Positions 55,177-64,000 of a DNA stretch of 64,000 nucleotides are shown piece after piece. Numbering within the stretch: the first letter of the stretch is position 1; every line of letters begins with the position of its first letter. Source of the DNA: Octopus bimaculoides (lineage: Eukaryota); assembly GCF_001194135.2 (NCBI RefSeq), contig NC_068991.1:47138774-47202773 (forward strand), given 5' to 3'. Made by a program: the position numbers and the translations under genes. Below the pieces are notes generated by a model. That model was not told the DNA's origin, did no database searches, and worked only from the letters and a program-made list of their open reading frames with translations.

Positions 55177-55211
<35 letters not shown>

Positions 55212-55352
55212 ATATATGTATGCATATGTAGAGTTAACTAGCACACACATGCACACTATCATGTAGAAGAATGCATTGTGTGCATGCATTTGTAGATGTC
55301 TGTGTATAATTGACTGTTTTATAAGATTTCTATATGGATCCATATATTAGAT

Positions 55353-55861
55353 CAGGGGTGGAGAAACTTTTTAGTGCAGTGGGCAAATATTTCCAATGAA
55401 AAATGTCCGTGGGCAGACCACAAGTTCTAACTCATGTCTGTGTAAATCTTGTATATATCTATGTATAATTCGATATACATTAATAAAGATAAGTTTAACA
55501 CATTAAATTAACGCATAACATCATTAACATCGCCATTGAATTTAAGACATTTATATTACTTATGCAATATTCTATATCTTTCAGCTAGAGTGTAGTTGGG
55601 TCTCAAGGGGTAAAAACTTAGCAATATGTGTTTTATAGTGAAAACAAAACTTCCATTCAAATGGAACAATTTCTGTTTGAATCTGTTTTAAGTCATAGTG
55701 GAAATGCAACCTATGTCACAAATCCACATATGAATATTGCATAAATTTTATAATTGAAAAATTTATTATATTTTGTACATACAAGTATATCGGCCATCGG
55801 ATGCAATAGAATGTTCCCACAGGCACAATTGCGCCTGCAGGCAGGGGTCTCCCCACCTCTG
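55353..55861. mobile_element. hAT (Charlie-like) MITE (509 bp)
   Basis: Termini caggggtggagaaac / cagaggtggggagac (reverse complement); 8-bp TSD tattagat / tagtagat. Confidence 0.75.
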
Positions 55862-56081
55862 TAGTAGATGCATATTTTTATGCATGTATATGCGCACATA
55901 CATGTGTAAGTGTGTGCATGCATGTTGAGATATATATATATATAACTTACAACAGTAGGGTAAAAAATTGGATATCAATTAATATCAATTTAATACCAGG
56001 GAACAAGCACATTAAAGGAATTGAGGAGATTCAGAAAAAATATCTGAAATCTTAAAGGATTATTGTATATGTATATATAAA

Positions 56082-56143
56082 GGTGACCACTAGGTGGACT
56101 GTGATCTTCTTCTAGCACATTAACAGTCCACCTAGTGGTCTCC
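56082..56143. repeat. Short inverted repeat (18-bp perfect arms gaccactaggtggactgt, 20-nt spacer) between TA runs
   Basis: Arms at 56085-56102 and 56123-56140. Confidence 0.9.
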
Positions 56144-56574
56144 TATATATATATATATATATATATTATTTTTCATCTACTGTTTACTTGTTTCAGTTAT
56201 TTATTTGACAGCAGCTATACTGGAGCACCACCTTGAAAGGTCTTAGTCGAGCAAGTCAACCCCAAGACTTTTTCCATTTTTTAAACTTAGTACTTATTCT
56301 ATCGGTCACTTTTGCGGAACCACTAAGTTATGGAGATGTAAACACACCAACACCAGTTGTCAAGCAGTGATGGGAGAACAAACACCGACGCAAAGACATA
56401 CACACACACACACGATAGGCTTCTTTCAGTTTCCATCTACCAAATCCACTCACAAGACTGGCCAACCCAAGGCTATAGTAGAAGACAATTGCCCAAGGTG
56501 CCACACAGCGGGACTGAACCCAGAATTATGAGGTTGGGAAGCAAGCTTCTTACCACACACCCACATCTGTGCAC

Positions 56575-56636
<62 letters not shown>

Positions 56637-57819
56637 CGTATAGAAAAGTATGTATATATACCTAATTTTGTACATGTATTGAAAAAGTTTAGAAACATGA
56701 ATACTTCCCACCCACCTCATCAAAATGAATGGGTGGATGTATATGTATGTATGCATCATCCATCTGTACACATGTATGTTTGTGCAGACAGTACATTTGT
56801 TCATACTTAACACACATTAACAGATTTGTGCTCATTTTCCAATAGCTACAGAGTGGATGTGCACACACGTTGACACACACATATATTGAGTAATAATAAA
56901 ATAATCCTTACCACTCCATATTTTTTTGTTTCATTTTTTCATATTTTGTTTCATATTTCTTTTTTTGTTTTTTGTTTAATTGATAAAAATGCTATCCATA
57001 GAATGCAATCAATATATTCTATTTGTATTTACAATGCTCATATAAATATTCTTATATAGCCTTTGTAGATAAATTTCATGAAATATTAAGCCAAAAACTG
57101 AATATATAAAACAAAGCTGTCAGACTACCTCAACTAAACTTATTCCCTTTCTCTGAAAAATAACCTTGCTGGATTGTTTTCGGTGGAAATGGAATTACTT
57201 TTTATAATAAGCCTTATTGGGGAGGGGGGTTATCATTTTTGATTTGCTTTCTATACTCGCATGGGTTGAACAGTTCAGCAGGATCCAACAGCAACGAAAG
57301 TTTGTGAAGTTCAAACTGAACATTAAGAATGCCACATCTCAATCTCATCTAATGATTCTGTTTGAGCATGATTTCTACAACTTGATGTCCTTCCTAACAC
57401 CAACCACCTTTACAGAATGTACTGGATGCATTTTGGGGAGCACCTGTACTATTGAGTTTGTTTACCCATCCACAAGACTGAAAAACTCATCTCAGCCCTG
57501 CATTGTCTCTGCTTAATTCACAAAGCACTTCACAGAGTATCATCATCATCATCATTAGGTGCCATCTGCTCTCGGCAGGTTGAATCTCAAGGATCTCTGT
57601 CATGGGAGAATCCTGTACACACCCATAAGAACTGTGTGAACTGTCAAAGTAGTTGATGGTGTTAGTATTCACTGTTCAACTATCAACTGTAAATCCAACA
57701 TGTTGAACTGAGTATCATACCTACATTTGAGTAGTATGGATTGCATTCTGTGTTATCTTATATTTCTGCAATAGGTTATTTTTTAGATAACCACAACCAA
57801 CTATTTATTTGTGTAATAC

Positions 57820-58030
57820 TATTTTGCACCAGATGTGTATACCCATGTCATAATCTCCATTTGGGTCTTTTCTTTGCCTTTCTTATTCATTCACCATACA
57901 GTAACTTAGTCCAGTCTTTGATGTTATCAAAGCAGTTTATTCTAGGTCTTTCTCTCAAGTGTTCGCCATTTATCTTTCCTTCTAAGTAATAGTCAAAAGT
58001 CCCTGTTGTTCAATACAAAAATACTTTCTG
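57820..58030 (-). mobile_element. RTE-clade LINE 3' remnant
   Basis: LEGKINGEHLRERPRINCFDNIKDWTKLLYGE*IRKAKKRPKWR matches EGKxxGxRxRGRPxxxWxDNIKxWT. Confidence 0.75.
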
Positions 58031-58141
58031 TTGTTAAAGTCACAATAAAGAACGAATAACACCTGCTTGTTTTTGCCCACCACTCACTACCTTTTTTTTC
58101 TTTTGCGAGTCAAGAAAACTGGAATAAGCTGAGTTATTTAA

Positions 58142-58360
58142 CCCTTTAACATTTAAATCGGTCATATCCAGCCCAAATATTGTACCTGCTTTATGTGTAA
58201 ACTAGCCAGATCTGGCCTCTCACACCTACCCTATAATGTTATTCTAAAAATATAAAATCGCATCTTTGTAATCTTGAAGCTTTGAGATAATGCTTGATTA
58301 AGTGAAAATAATGTGAACGAACAAGCATTGCATTGACAGGATAATCCGACAGCTAAAGGG
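58142..58360. mobile_element. piggyBac-type MITE family B
   Basis: TTAA|CCCTTTA...TAAAGGG|TTAA; reverse orientation relative to 2163-2381. Confidence 0.85.
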
Positions 58361-58951
58361 TTAAGCATCTTGCCTCATAAATACAACGCAATGGCAAGAG
58401 TAAGATTTGAACGGATGATAATATGGTAAGTTGTTCAGCATCTTAATCTCAAACCAAATGCACTTCATGGGAAGATGCAAAAACACCACCATTTTTGAAG
58501 AAGTGATTTCTAACACCATGACAATGTATTGTTATAGAGATGAGAATAAATATATTCTAATTTACCAAATGAAGTCTATTGCCCTTATAGAGTAAAGTTC
58601 ATTCAATCAGACTGTTGACAGTAGGCTTCAGACATGACTATACAAATCATTCAATCATTTCCAAAGTTTAGTGTAGCAAACTTCTTCATAGCGATACTTA
58701 AAAGAAATTATAGCAATAAAGATTTGTTTTAAAGTATGGATTAGTTGTTTTTCCTACACAAACCAACCAACAACAAGGAATCAGAGAGCATTAAATTTCC
58801 TATCAATAGACATAGGCATCAAATTTCCCACAAATTAGATCCTATCCTCCTTAAGAGGTAAGCAATACACATGATTTGGTTAGGCCCCACTGCAAAACAC
58901 CTTCGATGAGTGGTCTTCTCCAGGTCAATCAAAGCCTACTGAGTGGATTTG

Positions 58952-58954
<3 letters not shown>

Positions 58955-58988
<34 letters not shown>

Positions 58989-59102
58989 TAGAGAGAGAGA
59001 GAGACAGAGAAAGAGAGAGAGAGAGACAGGGAGAAAGAGAGAGAGAAAGAGAGACAGAGAGAAAGAGAGACAGAGAGAAAGAGAGACAGAGAGAAAGAGA
59101 GA
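58955..59102. repeat. (GA)n with periodic AAA/CA interruptions
   Basis: Directly visible. Confidence 0.95.
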
Positions 59103-60922
59103 CCCGAAAAGGGCCACAGATGCAACACTTCTTCCTATGAGTTCACAATTATACACACACATGTATGTATGCACACATATACACATGCGTACCAATATGT
59201 ACTTACAAACACACTCTCAAAAACATGTATATACTACATGTATTTGTTGATAAATGGCAACTTTGTTTTTTATTCGAAAGCCATGTGTGAAAAACTTCAT
59301 GCAACTTCTTTTTAGCAAGACTTGATCTGCACACAAAATTTGAAGCATGCACTCACACACAAACAAACTAATCTGTATGTAAAGTGAGTTGGTCATGTGA
59401 CAACTAATTCTACATGTATACCAGCATTGTAAACAAATGCACATTGATCATGTCATGTGAAAGCAAACAAGACCACTTAAGCAGAATTTGATTCTGTTGC
59501 AAAACAAATGTGTTTATAAGACACCTTCTCATAAATTTTTTTTAAATACATTTCTTCTATATGTGTACAAAACATATGTCAGTTCTCTGGCAGCCAGATG
59601 TAATCCTAATTTCTATTATATTGTTAATCAATTAGGAGTGGCAATTAAAAAACACAGGTTTGTATCTTTGTTCCATGATGTGTCATAGGAACATACTGTT
59701 AGGATATCAATGGTTATGTGGCATTGATTACATGATATATTGATAATGATTACTTCAGCTGAATGATTTAATAAAATGTCGCAAACAGTATTTACTAAAA
59801 GCGACAAGTGATTTATATACAGGCCACAGGCTAAGACCAAAATATTATAAACACAAAGAGGACAGGACTTATCTAAAGCTGTAACTTATATAGGTTTAAA
59901 CAGCACATGGCATATGTGGGTGAGTGCACACATGAGTACACATACACAGATGCTCTCTGTGCTCTGAATTCAAATCTATTGAGATCAACTTCACCTTTCA
60001 TTCTTTTGGGATCAATAAATAAAAAAAGAGCCTCCATATTGAAGTTGTGTTACATTACTGTACTGTCCTTGTATAAGACAAATAGGTTACATGAGTGAGA
60101 CCTGACAGCTATTTCTAGCAGCTCAACAGAGACACCCTCATTGACAAAGCAGTGTTGTGCTGTAGTATAGAAAGAGGAATTAAGTTGTCTGACTGTGGAT
60201 CAATCTATCGTAATGTGCAAAAGCAGTCCAGAATAAAACTGATCAAAACTTCTCAAAGCCGTTGCATTTATTAAACCAATCATTTTCAAATTTTTCAGGA
60301 TATTTTTCAAAAGATTATTCAAATACAAAATATTGCTATATATTTTAATCTTTTATATCATTACCAATATTTTCTTTTTTTTTTTTCCTTATCTGTACAA
60401 CATCTAATATGTTCAACTAATATCAGCAGTTGAATGAATGAATATTCCCATCCAGATGGCTGAGGGGTGACAGAGACCCTCTCAAACACAACCCATTTGT
60501 TGTGTCCACATGCTACTTTTAGAATGAATAATACTGATGGGCTCCAAGTTCTTTCTCTCTGTCACTATTTTTCTAAAAGAAATCAGCCATGGTCAAACCT
60601 ATAGAGGGGTGGATTTTGCTAGGTGTAAAAATGCCCAAATTATTCCATATAATCATGAAAGCACCCCTACAACTACTCCTTCAAGGAATTGGGGGCCCAA
60701 GGCAATGCAAGGTATGAAGATGTATTTGTGAAAATATAGGCACATGCACACACATCCATGCCAACATGGAGCATGTACGTTAAATGATCACACATACACA
60801 TGCATGAGTATGAGTGCACAAGCACACACACTTCACTTTTCCCTAAAGAAATAAATATTTTAGGTAAATGCAAAATGTTTTTCACATTAACACCAAAAAA
60901 CAGCACTCACTATGTCAAAATA

Positions 60923-62267
60923 TCAGGTCATCCCATAAGTTCTGTCCGAATTTTGAATAAAGAAAACAAGTGATCAAATGCTATATTTAATCAACAGTGT
61001 ACTTTCCCTGATTATCTATGACTTCCTTCCATTTATTTACAAGCTTTTTAATCCCATCAATGTAAAACTCTTTTGGTTTCAAAGTGAAGAACTCTGAAAT
61101 GTCAGTTTCGACCTCCTCTTGGCTTGTGAAAGTTATGTTCCCCAAATGATTCTGTAAACTATGAAACAAATGGTAGTCTGAAGGAGCAAGGTCAGGAGAA
61201 TAAGATGGATGAGGAATTTTTTCCCAACCAAGCTTTTCAATTTTCTGTGATGTGATCTTTGCAGTGTGGGGTCGCGCATTGTCCTGATGAAACATCACTC
61301 CTTTTCGATTCACTAAAGCGGNNNNNNNNNNNNNNNNNNNNNNNNNNNNNNNNNNNNNNNNNNNNNNNNNNNNNNNNNNNNNNNNNNNNNNNNNNNNNNN
61401 NNNNNNNNNNNCTTCAAATCTTGGATCAAACGCTCTAATTGCTGACAGTAGATTTGAGCATTGATTGTTGCATTAGGTGGTAACAATTCAAAGTGAATTA
61501 CTCCTTTGCAATCCCACCAGATAGAGAGAAGAACCTTTGTCTCATGAAATTCCCTTCTCGGTTGTGGTTGAACTTTTTCCCTTTTACCAAGCCACTGTTT
61601 ACGACGTTTAACATTTCGATAGAAGATCCATTTTTCATCACAAGTCTATCCAAAAAGGGTGAAATGAGTTCGCGAGAATGGAGAGAAGAGCAGATGTCAA
61701 TTGGAGATTTGCGGTTGCTTTCGGACAATTCATGAGGCACCCATTTTCCAAGTTTAGGAACCTTTCCAAGTAGTTGAAGATGACAACAGTTGTATGGTTT
61801 GAACTAAGCTTTATTGCCAATTCTTCAACTGACAATGCAGGATTTTCTTCAAGTAATGCCTCAAGGAGCTTATCATCAAACTCAACTGGACATCCTGTTT
61901 GATCTTAATCTTCAAGGTTGAAATCTCCACTTCTGAATTTTGCAAACCCTCTTCTGCAAGTTCTTTCATTCAAGCATTCTTTCCCATAAACTGAGTGCAT
62001 ATTTCAAGTCACTTCGGCTGCAGAGTTTCCTTTTTTTGTACTCATAAAGCATTATGTGCCTCAAATGCTTTTTGGATACTTCCATGTTAGAAAGGGCTTT
62101 AATCAAATAAATTTTAATTCTATTATTCTGTAAAATATTTAATTAGTTTAAGTGCACACAAATGCATAAAAATAATTTTTAATTCCATTAGACATTCTAA
62201 AATACTTTTGAATTTCATTCAATTTAAAAAAAAAGTAAAATTGGACAGAACTTATGGGACGGCCTGA
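60923..62267 (-). mobile_element. Full-length mariner (DD34D) DNA transposon
   Basis: TA TSD at 60921-60922 and 62268-62269; TIRs tcaggtcatcccataagttctgtcc / tcaggccgtcccataagttctgtcc; contains N-gap 61322-61411. Confidence 0.95.
60987..62085 (-). pseudogene. Inactivated mariner transposase
   Basis: MEVSKKHLRHIMLYEY..., FAKFRSGDF, WVPHEL, DEKW, HQDNARPH and YSPDLAPSD, with 34 residues between the 2nd and 3rd D. At least two in-frame stops and several frameshifts are present. Confidence 0.95.
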
Positions 62268-62850
62268 TACAATCTTTCATTAAACCAAGAAAATTTATAT
62301 TGCTATCTTTCTATAAATTGTAACTAAAGCTCTCAAATCACATGCTACCGTCTTAAAAAGTAAAGGAAGGACACATGTGATAATGTAGTTTAGATATATT
62401 GTGATTAACAAGGATGAGTTGGTACTAGAATGTCTTGATCGTCGATTTACCGGACCAGGACAGAGATACAGTTAAACAACTATAACTTAAGACAAGACGA
62501 TGAGGAATAGGCTGACAAGGGAGTTAACTCCATCAGTTTTATTTCCTTAGTTGAGAAAAAAATTTTTTTTTTTTTTCAATATTTTCCTGATAACAGCAAC
62601 CCATAACATCAAAACTAAACAAACCACAAACATCAACACTGGAAACGTATTTATAGGGTATTACCACTAGCAGACAAGCTATACTGATTAGCAAACGCAC
62701 TCAATACAGTATCACAAACATAACTCCACTCGAATTGAAACTACACTGTCGTTGTTTGTACAGTTTTTCAATACAAAGGCAGTCGTTACAAACCTACATT
62801 TATAAAGTTGTCACCTTTAAAACAATACTACAAATTCGTACTATCAAATA

Positions 62851-63153
62851 CAGGTATACCCCCAACTTACATTGTTTTTAGTTACACTGTTTAGTTCTTT
62901 CGTTTTTAAAATTTATCAGACATCGCGCCAATCTCAGCGAACGTATTTAAGAGGTTAAAAAAATTATAAACAACTAAAAACCAATAGCGAAGTGTAAAAT
63001 CATTTTAAAAAAACACGTGAAGATATAATATAAACAAACCATTTATTGATATAAGCTAATAAATTTTTTTGAATGATTTTTCGTATCACATCGTTTCTCG
63101 AGTTAAGTGGTATGTCTTGGAACCAATTGCCGACGTAAGTTGAAGTATACCTG
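62851..63153. mobile_element. Tc1/mariner-pogo-type MITE (303 bp)
   Basis: TA|caggtatacccccaacttac ... gtaagttgaagtatacctg|TA. Confidence 0.75.
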
Positions 63154-64000
63154 TACTAAGCATTAAGAGTTAGTTCCCTTGCTGATTGTTTCCAACAGTC
63201 AATGAGATTACACCATATACACACTATCTTTAGGGGTGAAGAAATGAGTTGTTCTTCGTTTTTTTTGGGGGGGGGGTCATTCTAGTATAGAAACGGAAAA
63301 AAAAAAGGAATCAAAATGAAAATTTTTCTATAAATAAATAAATAAATAAATAAATACGATATAAAAATTTTACAAATTATAATCTCCAAAGAAAGCCAAG
63401 CCAAGATTTAGCTTTAAGAAAAGTGAAACATTTTTCTCCTCATAATTCAAAATAACTCCACGGAAGAAGGAAGATGAAAAGGCTATTAGACTATCTTACT
63501 CCAAATACACACACACACACACACACACATGGACGCATGCACACAAACAAAGGAGTCTTGTTTTCAGTAATTAGTGCTGTAAGATATTTTGGTCAACTGG
63601 ACTACCTCTCGTTGAATTATAGCCAAATATTCCCGACACTTGTAACCATAACAACATACTCTCGGGCAGACATTACAGAGTACAAAGCTGTATATTCAAA
63701 TTACAAGCACAATAGACAGTTTTCACACAATTTCTGGGTAGATTTTTACATACATACAAACACACACAACAAATTGACAAGTTGTTGGAGTACTGGATAG
63801 ATGGCCTTATGATATTCCATTCTGATACTTTGGATTCTGAGTACCATCAATACTAACCATGCTTTTCCTCTTTTCAGGTTTGATAAATAAAGTACCACTC
63901 CTGTACTGAAACTGATTATTTTCTCACTCTCCCTCTCTCTCAAAAATCAGATAGGTTCAGAGATGGAGAGAGATCTGGCTTCACCCAAGCTAAAACTGCT

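Overview
AT-rich, microsatellite-dense metazoan genomic DNA from a gapped draft assembly (10 N-runs). The repeat content suggests an octopod cephalopod; this is inference from pattern recognition, not a database result. No intact protein-coding gene can be recognised, and nearly all ORFs in the supplied track are translations of microsatellites or N-gaps. The window is a mosaic of transposable elements: a full-length but inactivated DD34D mariner (60923-62267), TTAA-flanked piggyBac-type MITEs (two families, one self-nested), hAT and pogo-type MITEs, two Helitron/Helentron-like non-autonomous elements, many tRNA-derived SINEs with swapped 3' tails, and 3' fragments of RTE, CR1-like, Rex1-like and R4/Dong-like LINEs. 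The two most interesting observations are RNA motifs. One is a canonical minimal type I hammerhead ribozyme at 3681-3729. The other is a 276-bp near-perfect hairpin (20574-20849) whose arms each carry a hammerhead-like fold with a compensatory G3/C8 core swap (GUGAACA instead of CUGANGA). A few isolated splice-signal-bounded segments suggest the window may be intronic to a minus-strand gene, but this is low confidence.
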